A stretch of DNA of 60,411 bases, the filler included, from Squatina squatina (lineage: Eukaryota): NCBI GenBank assembly GCA_031763465.1. It is 3 parts of 3 records of this genome, joined end to end, with 100 filler letters (N's around TTAATTAATTAA, not from the genome) between each part and the next. Parts side by side here need not be neighbours in the genome. Positions count along the whole stretch, not along the records: positions 1 to 19,783 come from JARFOE010000120.1; positions 19,884 to 38,243 come from JARFOE010000058.1; 1 more part is not named here. The stretch is one strand, 5' to 3'. This document shows, piece after piece, positions 11,690 through 22,964 of this stretch. The position numbers were made by a program, and so were the translations under genes. Under the pieces are notes generated by a model, which had not been told where the DNA came from, ran no database searches, and saw only the letters and a list, made by a program, of their open reading frames with translations. How positions within the stretch are numbered: position 1 is the stretch's first letter; each line of letters starts with the position of its first letter.

Positions 11690-14415
11690 GTACAGAATAG
11701 CCAGTACCAAGGAAAAGGTCTGAAACCTTGATAACTCGCTCTGTGTAGTGATGGGTGGTGATGCAGGTATCCCAATTGCCAGTATAAACCTGCATTAGCA
11801 TCATGGTGGGGGTCAGAGGTACAGTGTCATCCTCCATTTTGGGCATACTTTCTGTATATTTTATCACTGACTGATTTGTGTTGCCTCAGTGTCAGGTCAA
11901 TAGTTTGTCAGGATCTACACCAACGGATATTGTTTGTAATTTCTGTACAGTAATTCTATGAAGGAGTGCTACATAATACTGGATTAGATAAATACCAGTG
12001 TACCTACCAATATTAGTCAGACATCGCTGATACCAAACTTGTATTCGTTTTACAGAAAAGAATGCAAAGCACGGTCTATAGATCGGTCATTGACCCGACC
12101 CCTCCATTACCTGGCTGGCGTGGTCACACAATTACCATCATTTCGTGTAACCGAGATTTAGAGTTACCGGAAACAGACCAGCCTCATTTTGGATATTACA
12201 CTTGTGTTACCAAAGCCCAGACTACATCAGCACATGGGGGAACTGGAGCAGTCTCCTTCAGTGATCTGATGCAGTATTGCGAAGGCTTGAGTATTTCTAA
12301 GCATTGCTAAGTGAAAATGTAGTTGCTGAGGTTCCATAGTCAGTATCATTTAATATTTAGCCCGAATGGTTAATTGAAAACTTGGATGAACTTTTTAACT
12401 ATGTACACCATTTAAAAAAAAAACGATTTCCTCACTCATTTGATTACACTTATCAACATGCTAAAATTTAAAGAATGTTATACAGCACATTGCCGATACA
12501 GTATCCTGTTATCAGCATGGGTATAATCAGTCCTAACTTGGCTATTGCACAGACAAATCCTGCACTTAATCCGACCTGTTGCTACCAATGGTTCTCANNN
12601 NNNNNNNNNNNNNNNNNNNNNNNNNNNNNNNNNNNNNNNNNNNNNNNNNNNNNNNNNNNNNNNNNNNNNNNNNNNNNNNNNNNNNNNNNNNNNNNNNAGG
12701 TTCCTTTCTCATTATTGTAGCACTAGCCTTTGTGTTACTTCTAGCTGAGAATAGTAACTTGACATTGGAAGAGAATAATGGGCCAAATGTTTATATTGTT
12801 CTTTCATTTAGTATCTATCCTGCCTTGTCTGGTTTTGCGCAACATCATATAGTTTCCTTCAACCAACAAGATGAGGCACAGAATTGCAAGCCAGTGAACA
12901 CCTCCGCATCCTACATTGCTGCTCCGCAATCAGTCATCACAGAAATGCTTCTCTCTTCCCCCAGAGTTAATTTGAACCGTCTCACCTCACAACCTGTCAA
13001 CAATTGACTAAACTAGTTGCAGTGTTAGCTGGTGATTGTATGTGTGAAACAAACCTGCTTATTTACCTCTTCATCCTTTACCTTCCCTGTCTTGCTATTT
13101 CATTAAAAGGATAGCCTTGTATATTAGAAGTTTGTTCTGTGATCATTTTCTGAGCAGTTGTTTTGAGTTTTATTACGACTTAAAGTAATAGTGCATCATG
13201 TTGCTCTCCTTATTCAATATAAGCTGACAACCTGACTTTAGAATTCTTATATACCCTATGTTAAGAGTAATGGCTTTTAAAATTTTTATATATATCCTTT
13301 AATCATTTCAGAGAAATTTACAGAGTACAATTTTATTTATGGCTAGACTTCAAAATATGACATAGAACCTAATCAAAAATCATTGTAATGAAATGTCTTT
13401 GATACATTAAACAGGAGCTTCCAGCATGAATGAAGTGTCCATTAAGCATGGGGTATGTAAATGTGTCGGCTTTTAATTGGTGTGTTTAGCTTGGCTTCTT
13501 GCACAATATAGTTTGTGGTGTGTTTCTGAGGAGGGTTTCTGAAGTTGTATGGTTGGGTACATTACCTTAACCATCTCGATTATATATCCTACAATTGTAG
13601 CATTGGAAAAGACTTCTGTTTCTGGTTCTTGTGTGTGGGTTATTGGAGTCTGATGTTAANNNNNNNNNNNNNNNNTGCAGCTTTAACCTACTGCTTTGAA
13701 ATTGTATGGTCTAAGGTGTGGATTTGTTCTGACAATTGTCAGAAAATCATGTTCAGATTTTTAGTATTTGTTTCACCAAAGCCCTCGTCACTCACCTAAA
13801 AGATATTAAAACTATTTAAGATTATTGGCACTGGATGAGCTGTTTCTCTATCGGACTGCTGTCTCTTGCTTTCAAATAATTTACGTCATCCACCAACTTG
13901 GATCATAATTTGTCAGTGTTACNNNNNNNNNNNNNNNNNNNNNNNNNNNNNNNNNNNNNNNNNNNNNNNNNNNNNNNNNNNNNNNNNNNNNNNNNNNNNN
14001 NNNNNNNNNNNNNNNNNNNNNNTGACAGTTTAAAATTAACATTCTTGTTGTAATGTTCCAGTAAGCAATTTTATTTATTTTCTATGTTCTTGCTGCTCCC
14101 TGTCTTTCTTGGAACTCCGCAGGGCTGCAGCTATATCAGGCAGCTGGACTGTCAGCTTCACATCAAAGGTGGGGGGTAGGTGGGGGAGGCGGTTCATTGG
14201 TTAGTTATTAGACACACGAGCTAATGGCTTCATCTCCCAAGCCCAAGAGTGCTGAAATCAATTGTAGCAATATTTCCTTCCTTGTACTGTAATCATTAGA
14301 CCTGATTTATCACAGTGGTGAGTATCTTAACCAAAGTGGTTTTCTCTGTACAAAATAATTTAGAGTGATCAGGAGAAAAAAAATCCTGTGATAATTTGTT
14401 GCATTTTTCTCTTAG

Positions 14416-14660
14416 GATGGAGCAGCACAACAAGCTTTTCAGTCTTGCAAGATTCACGTCCTCGTCCTCATACTGCATGGCGGCAACATTCTGGACCCTG
14501 GCAGTGGAGACCAAACCTCCAAGCAAGCTGATGTCAACACCATAACCTCTGTCTTTGACACAGTGATGAGAGTACACTTCCCTGCGGGACTTGGCCACAT
14601 CGCAGTCAAGCTGGTTCCGTGCCCAGCCATCTGCTCTGAAGCCTTTTCACTGGTATCGAA
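14416..14660 (+). CDS. PITPNM2: PITPNM2 internal exon
   Basis: 245-nt AG/GT exon: [81 protein letters not shown]. Confidence 0.93.
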
Positions 14661-15147
14661 GTGAGTTTTCCAGCTGGTGTGGTGCACAGGGATATAGTTA
14701 GTGGCCATGATAAATACACCACTTTTGTCTAATTTGTGCACCATCCTTGGCAGTTCACAAAAAGTTGCTAATACAGTATATGTAACCCACTTTACTAAAT
14801 GTGCTGAGATTTTACGTGTGTTTACATTGAAAAGGCACGGGCTATTTAAATGTTCCCCATTATTTAGAATCTGTCATTGCACAGAAAGCCTTTCTGTTGC
14901 ATTATTCATATTACTAACAAAATTATTGAGCGTGTTAAATTGTACGAAACAGAACAAACCACCATCCAGGACATTGTGAAATGCCATTTATTTTTATCAC
15001 AGTATCCTCATGTTTTTAAACAGTTAAAACTAGGAAAATGTGAAAGTTTTCCACGTGAGATTTATATTATCGCTGTTATACCTATATACCTGTTCATACA
15101 CTGTTATACCTAAACACACATACTTGTTCATACACTGCTGTATCCAA

Positions 15148-15781
15148 GAACATAAGAATCAGGAGCAGGAGCAGGAGCAGGAGTAGGCCATAAGGCCCTT
15201 CGTGCCTGCTCCGCCATTCAATGAGATCATAGCAGATCTACCTCAACTCCACTTTCCCGCCTGATCCCCATATCCCTTGATTCCCCTGGAGTCCAAAAAT
15301 CTATTTATCTCAGCCTTGAATATACTCAGAGACTCAGCATCCACAGCCCTCTTGGGCAGAGAATTCCAAAGATTCACAACCCTCTGAGTGAAGAAATTCC
15401 TGCTCATCTTGGTCTTAAATGGCCTACCACTTATGCTGAAACTGTGCCCCCTAGATCTAGACACTCTAGCCAGGGGAAACAGCCTCTCAGCATCGACCCT
15501 GTCAATCCCCTTCAGAGTCTTGTATGTTTCAACGAGGTCATCTCTCATTCTTCTAAACTCCATAGAGTATAGGTCCATTCTACACAAATCTCTCATCATA
15601 AGACAGCCCTCTCATCCCAGGAATCAAGCTAGTGAACCTTCGTTGCACCGATTCCAAGGCAAGAAGATCCTTTCTTAAATAAGGAGACCAAAACTGTGCA
15701 CAGTGCTCCAGGTGTGGTCTCACGAGACCCTGTACAATTGTAGCAAGACTTCCTTACTCTTATACTTCCAACCCTCTTGAA
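15148..15781 (-). mobile_element. CR1 LINE, 3' part of ORF2 and 3' UTR
   Basis: LYSMEFRRMRDDLVETYKTLKG...RNFFTQRVVNLWNSLP...GIKGYGDQAGKWS; terminal ttcttatgttctt repeat. Confidence 0.93.
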
Positions 15782-16371
15782 NNNNNNNNNNNNNNNNNNN
15801 NNNNNNNNNNNNNNNNNNNNNNNNNNNNNNNNNNNNNNNNNNNNNNNNNNNNNNNNNNNNNNNNNNNNNNNNNNNNNNNNNCAAAAACGAGAGGGAGAAG
15901 GGAGAAAGGAAGAGGTAGAGGGTGTTCCATTTGTGACTTGACCCTCCTGCCATTTCAGTTCAACTAAACAGGGAAACAAATACTAGCTTGTTTTTAAAAA
16001 CATTGAAGCGAGCGGATTGTTTGAGGTACCAGCATCTGCAACAGTCAACTGTGCAGATGTTTTAAATTCAAAAGTTTCCTATTTTGTTTTTTGCATGCTG
16101 GTAGATTGGTTCTTAAAGAAGTCAAATGCCTGCATTTCCCCTCATCACTCTCACACACACATTCAATTCCTTCACCTGGACCAGTCTTTCAAACATGAAA
16201 TGTTGATGTGTATGGTATACACTTCATTTTACTGTTCAGCACAGCATTTGCTTTTCGTTACTGAAATAACCATCCTGTCGTCTGCCCAGGGAGAATAAAA
16301 ATGTCCAGCACGATGTACAGAATCAGAGTTACCAGGCTCGAGGTACAAGCACATTCGCGACTTGTCCGTTA

Positions 16372-16771
16372 TCAGGTGTTAGCTGTGGTTCAGTGGGTGG
16401 CACTTTCGTCTGTGAGCCAGAAGGTTGTGGGTTCAAGTCCCACTCCAGGGACAAAATTTAAGATGACACTCCCAGTGCAGTACTGAGCGAGTGCTGCACT
16501 GTGTGAGGCACCTGTCTGCCTTCACAGGTGACTGTAAAAAAATCTCATAGCAATACTTTGAAGGGGAGCAGGGGAGTTCAGGACAATCAATGGTCCCTCA
16601 ACCAAAACCACTAAGAACAGATTATCTGGTCATCACCACATTGCTGGGAGGTTGCTGTGTGCAAATTGGCAGCTGTATTTCCTACAGGGACGACACTTCA
16701 AAAGTACTTAATTGGTTGTGAAGCACTTTGGGATGTCCTGAAAAAGTGAAATATAAATGCAAGTCTTTCTT
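16372..16771 (+). mobile_element. Near full-length tRNA-derived DeuSINE (SacSINE1-like)
   Basis: Pol III A box TGGTTCAGTGG (16386-16396), B box GGTTCAAGTCC (16430-16440), central core, L2-like tail ending atataaatgcaagtctttctt. Confidence 0.8.
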
Positions 16772-17244
16772 ATTTGTATAGACTTTGGATCCCCACAACC
16801 AGTGACTGCCTTATGATTTTTGTATTGTAGCTAATCTCCTGTGGTACTGCTCACAGATGGCCTGGGGTCTGAAGCACAATTGCCACCAACATGGCCACTC
16901 CCAAGACCATTGCTCATTTAGGTAAGCCCAAGTATTTGTAGCTTTCAGGGGTCTTTCAGTCATTATCCTATAGAGCATCTGCTACAGTCCTCCACTGTTG
17001 CAAGTAATGGATTCTCATGTGCAGTAGACCACTCTCCTAAAATTAACTAGTCTTGATGAAGACAACCAACCAGCTTTCAATGCATTCACTGAATTTACAA
17101 CAATTTGCATTTATATGGCACCTTTAACGTAGAAAGATTCAAAGGCATGAGAAAAATGGACATCACTAGATAATTATTAAAAATGCTTTGCTTTTACAGT
17201 TGTGTGCTTTTGCAGGTGCTAGAATTTGAAAATAATTTCTAAGA

Positions 17245-17795
17245 CACTAGTTAGGCCACAGCTAGAGTACTACATGCAGTTCTGATCACCACATTACAGG
17301 AAAGAAGTGATTGCACAAGAGGGGATACAGGGAAGATTTACAAGGATGTTTCCAGGACTGGAGAATTTTAGCTATGAGAAAAGGTTGGGTGGAGGCTTGT
17401 TTTCTTTGGAACAGAGGAAGAGATTTGATTGAGGTGTATAAAATTATGAGGGGCCGAGATAGAGTGGATAGGAAGGACCTATTCCCCTTAGCAGAGAGGT
17501 TAATAACCAGGGGGCCTTGATTTAAAGTCATTGGTAGAAGAATTGGAGGGGAGTTGAGAACGTTCTTTATCCAGAGGGTGGTGGGGGTCTGGAACTTACT
17601 GCCTGAAAGGGTGGTCAAGGCAGAAACCGTCATCACATTTAAAAAGTACTTGGATGTGCACTTGAAGTGCTGTAACCTACAGGACTATGGACCAAGAGCT
17701 GGAAAGTGGGATTAAGCTGGATAGCTCTTTTTCAGCCGGCACAGACACGCTGGGCTGAAAAGCCGCCTCCTGTGCCATAAATATCTATGATTCTA
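17245..17795 (+). mobile_element. CR1 LINE 3' fragment
   Basis: RDLIEVYKIMRGRDRVDRKDLFPL..., FFIQRVVGVWNLLP, and terminal ctatgattcta repeat. Confidence 0.92.
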
Positions 17796-18407
17796 ATAAT
17801 TTGAAAAGATAACAATCTGTACATTGTCACTGTATTGAAGGGTTTGATACTTCATTGCCTGTGAGAAGTACAAACAAAATTATTCTGCGCCGGAGTTTAT
17901 GTATTATGAATTGAAGTTTAAGGTCAGTTTGGTTCCCTGCTATTCTGTAATGTAAGGGTGCTGCACAGTGCTCATCTTCAGCATCAATGCATGTAACTGA
18001 TTGCAATACAGCGATCCTCACGTTTATTTTTTGCATTAGATTTTGTGCTTGATTCAAATCTTCAGGTTCGACCTGAGTTCACAGTACTTCTCCTGCCTCG
18101 TGTTTTGTCATGATCTGTGATTTCCTGTCATTCATTTCCACTCTCCGAGTAATTTGCTGCCATTTATTGGCCACACTGAGCCTCTGCACCACTGACACTT
18201 GGGGTAGGAGGTAGCATTCACTGAAACCTAGGACAGAATGGACCTTGCTTCCCAGCACCTCGGGTAGCGATCCCGTCTGTTGCTGTTTCCTACGGACATA
18301 CATTCCCTTTAATAGGTGCGCAGATTGGCAAGCTGAGGGTGTAATGTTGACAGGAAAATTAATTTAACAAAGAAGTGTAATATGAACACGTTTTTTTTTT
18401 CTTATAG

Positions 18408-18583
18408 TTTGCATTCTAGTGTTTTAAGGAATGATCCTGGCTCCAGGCGATCCAGCAGTTCCACCATGCTGGAAGGAGCAAGTCCCGGCAAGTTTGAATT
18501 TGAAGTGACCGACTTCTTTCTGTTTGGTTCCCCCTTGGGGCTGGTGCTGGCATTGAGGAAAACGGTTATCCCCAGCTTGGACG
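18408..18583 (+). CDS. PITPNM2: PITPNM2 exon, start of DDHD domain
   Basis: 176-nt exon: [58 protein letters not shown]; strong polyT acceptor, GT donor. Confidence 0.95.
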
Positions 18584-18750
18584 GTGGGTAGCTTGAGCGA
18601 TCCACTCCCTCTGTTTGTTACAGTGAAGCTGAAAGATCGCCCATTTCCTCAATAGTGTGTTACTTAGAATCATGAAAATCAAAGTTTACCTTAAGACATT
18701 TTGTCAAACCAAAGTCCATTAATTGTCACATCTATTCCATTCTTCACCAG

Positions 18751-18921
18751 TCTCCCAGTTGAGACCAGCGTGTCAGCAGGTTTACAATCTGTTCCACCCA
18801 GCGGATCCTTCGTCCTCCCGGTTGGAACCACTTCTGGAGAAGAAATTCCACCTGCTGCCGCCATTAAACATTCCCCGCTACCAGCGATTCCCACTGGGTG
18901 ACGGCAGCTCGGCTCTTCTGG
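18751..18921 (+). CDS. PITPNM2: PITPNM2 exon, DDHD domain
   Basis: 171-nt exon: [56 protein letters not shown]; phase matches the previous exon. Confidence 0.95.
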
Positions 18922-19338
18922 GTATGCACACTTTCAGTCAGCAACTCACAGCTACCAGTTAACATAGTTAGGTACCCTGTTCACATTGCAGTGTGTACAT
19001 GTTTACCAGTAACTATTCTGCCGGATGTTTTGCGAGTAAGTTATTAATAATTAGCCAATGTGATCGTAACTGTGACCATGCAACACGTGCTGTGTGTAGA
19101 AAGTGTTTCAATCAACTACAACATGCATGAGGAAATAAAACGTTCGGTGGTGTCCTGGTTCACAGACAGACAGACTTTAATTGTTCGGTGTTTTCTATGA
19201 AATGTTGAACGTTTCTGGGTCTACATAAAAGAACTCTGCAAGGCTGAAGTGATAGGAAATACCGGTCACTCAGTCTGCAGTGGGAAACAAAACGTTCATT
19301 CGACCATTCCTGTCTTAAATATGTAAATATTCCTCCAG

Positions 19339-19380
19339 TGGAGCAGCAGCAAGAAATGGGAGCTTGTCAGGAGAAGCTGT
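19339..19380 (+). CDS. Candidate 42-nt cassette exon of PITPNM2
   Basis: ttcctccag acceptor, perfect gtaagt donor, phase 1-1, open frame VEQQQEMGACQEKL. Confidence 0.4.
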
Positions 19381-19783
19381 GTAAGTGTTAATAAAAACTG
19401 CAGGGGGCCTTAACTCGATTCTCCATCATTATTATTAATGCAGGGGTCGCTAAGACACTGTGTACTCTGTTTTGTGTCTCAACAAGTTTGCATTTGTCTG
19501 CAGTTTTAAACGAATAAAGTTGACCCTTATGGTGTAGCACACCTAAAAGCAGTTAAGTTAAAATATATAAAGCTTAGTCTATGAACTATTTCAATAGCAT
19601 AAAGATTAATTATAAAATACAAAAAGCAAAGCTGTCGGTGTTCTCCACAAGCGGTTGACTGTGATGTTCATGGTACAGTTTGTAGTTGGATGTTTGTCCT
19701 TTTTGTTTTTTTCCCTGTATTTGTCTGACTGCCACTTTTACTTTTTACCTTGCTACCTATTGATTCTACCCTCATTTTACACC

Positions 19784-19883
19784 NNNNNNNNNNNNNNNNN
19801 NNNNNNNNNNNNNNNNNNNNNNNNNNNTTAATTAATTAANNNNNNNNNNNNNNNNNNNNNNNNNNNNNNNNNNNNNNNNNNNN
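19784..19883. other. Artificial scaffold-joining spacer (44N-TTAATTAATTAA-44N)
   Basis: 12-mer with stops in all six frames centred in exactly 100 nt; identical copy at 38244-38343. Confidence 0.97.
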
Positions 19884-19956
19884 ACCTGCTGAGTTTTTCC
19901 AGCAATTTTTGTTTGTATTCTAGATTCCAGCATCCGCAGTATTTCGCTTTTGTATT
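19884..19956 (+). mobile_element. Penelope-type terminal repeat fragment
   Basis: acctgctgagtttttccagcaatttttgtttgtatt, identical to part of 29661-29736. Confidence 0.7.
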
Positions 19957-20629
19957 AGTGTTAATCTTTGTTCAGCCTTATTATTGCTCTCTTGCAAGTA
20001 GAAAAACAGAAAGCCGAGAGAAACAGTTACTCTCACTTTATATCAACCATTAGTGATATGAATTGTTGCAATGAAAGGAGCTCACGGGTGTGGGTGTCAC
20101 ACTGTGTCAGAATATTGTCATTCTCCCTCTGGAGACTTTCAGAAGAACTAAAGATCCTCTTTCTCTATTATTGCCAGTTAAAGGTTACCAAAGTGAATTG
20201 AATGCTGACTATGAGTCATAGAACAAATCTTACTCTGAACCTGGCACTGTTTTCTGCAGTCTGTGCCTGACAAGCCACAGGATAAAGAATTTAAAGAATT
20301 GAAAGGTCACATCAATGTTGGGGTGTCAATATCAGCAACATGTTAGCTGTGAGATTGATGATCCACAAGACTGACATAGATTGCAAAGCCATTTAAACAT
20401 TATTGAGCTGTGTTTATTTTTCAAAGTGACATACAGGCTGGCCAGTTATACTGTTAAACCAAACACTTGCTGTGGTTCACTGATGGGAGTGAGGGTATTT
20501 TATTCCAAAACTGTGCATGGAGGTGCACTGGTGGCAGGATCACAGAATTACAACACACACATTCTGCACCTGATGCTAAAATGCTCAGAATTGCTGCCAA
20601 GAGCAAAAATCGTAATAAATCCATTGAAA

Positions 20630-20733
20630 CAGAAAGTGCGGAAAATGTAGCAGCATTGAAAGAGACAAGCAGGTTAAGATTTCTGGGAGGACCCTTCATC
20701 AGAATTGAATAAGGGTCTGTATCTGAAACATTG
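20630..20733. mobile_element. Degenerate inverted pair of hammerhead-bearing repeats
   Basis: Minus-strand CUGAUGA-AGGGUCCUCCCA-GAAAUCUU (20672-20706) abutting plus-strand aagggtctgtatctgaaacatt. Confidence 0.5.
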
Positions 20734-21032
20734 GCCCTGAAATTGCGATCAGAGGCTTCCTGCGTGTGGATGCCTNNNNNNNNNNNNNNNNNNNNNNNNN
20801 NNNNNNNNNNNNNNNNNNNNNNNNNNNNNNNNNNNNNNNNNNNNNNNNNNNNNNNNNNNNNNNNNNNNNNNNNNNAATTATAAATATTTTGTGAATGACA
20901 TGTTTTGAACCAAGATAATTAATTACGAGCTTTAACCAAAAGTGAAACGTCATAACTAATCATAGTCTAAGGCATGCATAAATAACTTAGCAAACATTTT
21001 TAAAAAAAACTGCTTTGAGTAACACTGCTCAC

Positions 21033-21272
21033 CTCTGTCTGTGTCATACAGGTAGACAAATCTCTCCCATTTGTAGTGGGTAAGAAGGCTTAAGAGTGCT
21101 CCTTGAAGCGGTGGCCTCAGTTGAATAACAAACTGAACTTCTCCTTCTGTAGGAAAGCTTGGAGTGATGAAGGACGTGTGTAGTGCTCCACAGAAAGATG
21201 TCAGCGTGTTCACAGATCTCTTATCATAGAACCCAAAAATGGCATAAACTCCTTTGGAATACTGGGAACAGA
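21033..21272 (-). CDS. GRIA3: AMPA glutamate receptor, amino-terminal-domain exon (coding exon 3)
   Basis: 240-nt exon, ttttcttccag / gtgagc: [79 protein letters not shown]. The family is certain; GRIA3 versus GRIA4 is less so. Confidence 0.8.
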
Positions 21273-22328
21273 CTGGAAGAAAAGATCCTTGTTAGTTTTT
21301 GTAAGCATTGCATTGACAGCAGAACTTTAACTATTGGCATTCCAAATGATCTGCCACCCCTTTTATTTTTGCAGAACAAAGCACACATATCAAACCAGCA
21401 ATAGTTGACCAAGAATTTTTTAAAAAACCTGACATTAAACTATCTATAAGCAATAGACAAACTAAACAGATGGCTGTAGCTTCTCAATTTTAAGGCAGTT
21501 TATCCTCTCCCTGTCGTGTGGTTGTATTTTATCTACTCCCTTAATCTTATTCTTTGTTCTCTCAATAAATCTTTTCTCGATACAATGCAAAATGTGTAAT
21601 AGCAAACAGTGTGTATGGATTTTGGAAAGTCATTTTGTTGCATTACCGGCTCTACTGTTACTTAATGTAATTTGCACATTGATTCAGTAGGTTATGTTCT
21701 ATAAACTTTCATTGATAGTGTCTGCTTGTTTGCATAGTAATATACTTTTTTCCCCTCCTCTTTAGCCTTGATGCAAGGCCAAGCAGAGAGTCCCCTTTAC
21801 CGATTCTCCTTGTCGGATGGCACTATAGTCACTGCACAAACCAAGACCAAACTTTTACGCAACCCAGCATCCAATGAGTCCCTCGGCTTTGGATCTACAC
21901 ATCTGCTACAAAGGTACACGAATGTGCTGAGATCTATAATTATTTGATAGAAAACAAATCTTTGTTTTGTTGCAATATCTTAGAAGTGCAGCTTTATATG
22001 AGCTGCCCATTAGCTATTCCATATATTCGAACAAGAGGTAGATTCACAAAGACACATTGTGTAATCAATTGTCTTTATTTATTTTTTCCTTCATTTTTCG
22101 TTTTGTTTTGCAGGAACAAATTCATACAATTGAATAACTTGTTTATACGAAATGCCAATCGTATGGTCGACCAAAGTAGATTGTAATTTTCGCACACTTC
22201 CAAGGAGCTGAAAAATATATTTGAGTTTNNNNNNNNNNNNNNNNNNNNNNNNNNNNNNNNNNNNNNNNNNNNNNNNNNNNNNNNNNNNNNNNNNNNNNNN
22301 NNNNNNNNNNNNNNNNNNNNNNNNNNNN

Positions 22329-22964
22329 GGCTGGGCTGTTAGAGCCATGCCCCGCGACTAGCACACTGGGCCGGCGCACCACCATTGACGATGTGATCAC
22401 CGTGCGCATCGACCCCTCACCGCTCTGCACCAACGCCTTCAGGCCCCGCGGGGGAAATTGCTCCATGGGAAGAGAGGTCGGTGGGCAGCGATGGCACTGC
22501 CAGCTTCACGGGACAAGGAGCTGGCATGCATTGGTGCCTGTGCCGCCCCTTACAGAAGAGGCCTTTTACGCCCCGGGCTGCCATCTTTTTCTGTCATTCG
22601 ACTCTTGCCAGCCCTTGTGTCGACCAGGCTGCCATCCTTTATGCCTTGCATGCCGGGTTGCTGGCCCAGTCGATCGCGTCCCTAATGGCCCAGTAGTGGC
22701 CAGCGGTGGGTGCTGCAGGGTCACAGCGGACCTCCCCTTTAACTGCAGGGGGGGGGTGTTACAGCACGTCAACACTCTGCGGAGCTCTGTGGAGCACTGG
22801 CATCTTCAGCACGGTGCTGCACCGCGCTACTTCTCCAAACTGCCCCAGAAATGAAGCGGAGTGCTGTCTCATTCCAGGGCGGTAAGGGCAATTTTACGTT
22901 GGAGGCGGGACTCCTGGGCTGGGTGCTAAAAGTCCCAAACGGGGTATGGTGCAATTTTGGCCCC
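22329..22964. mobile_element. GC-rich non-autonomous DNA transposon (Harbinger-type), one end visible
   Basis: Ends in gcaattttggcccc (reverse complement GGGGCCAAAATTGC), similar to the termini at 39240, 48303 and 51098. Confidence 0.55.

Noticed and set aside
14123-14168. Polypyrimidine tract + cag followed by a 46-nt candidate exon
   Set aside because: Weak donor (gtgggg), frameshifting length, no homology.
16381-16450. tRNA-like sequence with A and B boxes
   Set aside because: It is the head of a SINE, not a tRNA gene: no complete cloverleaf, and it continues into the SINE core.
22010-22045. PYIRTR resembling the PITP motif AYPYTRTR
   Set aside because: Lies in a different scaffold, and the flanking translation has no PITP similarity.
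22393-22854. 153-aa ORF, and similar ORFs at 39201-39627
   Set aside because: Stop-poor frames inside GC-rich MITEs with no protein motif.
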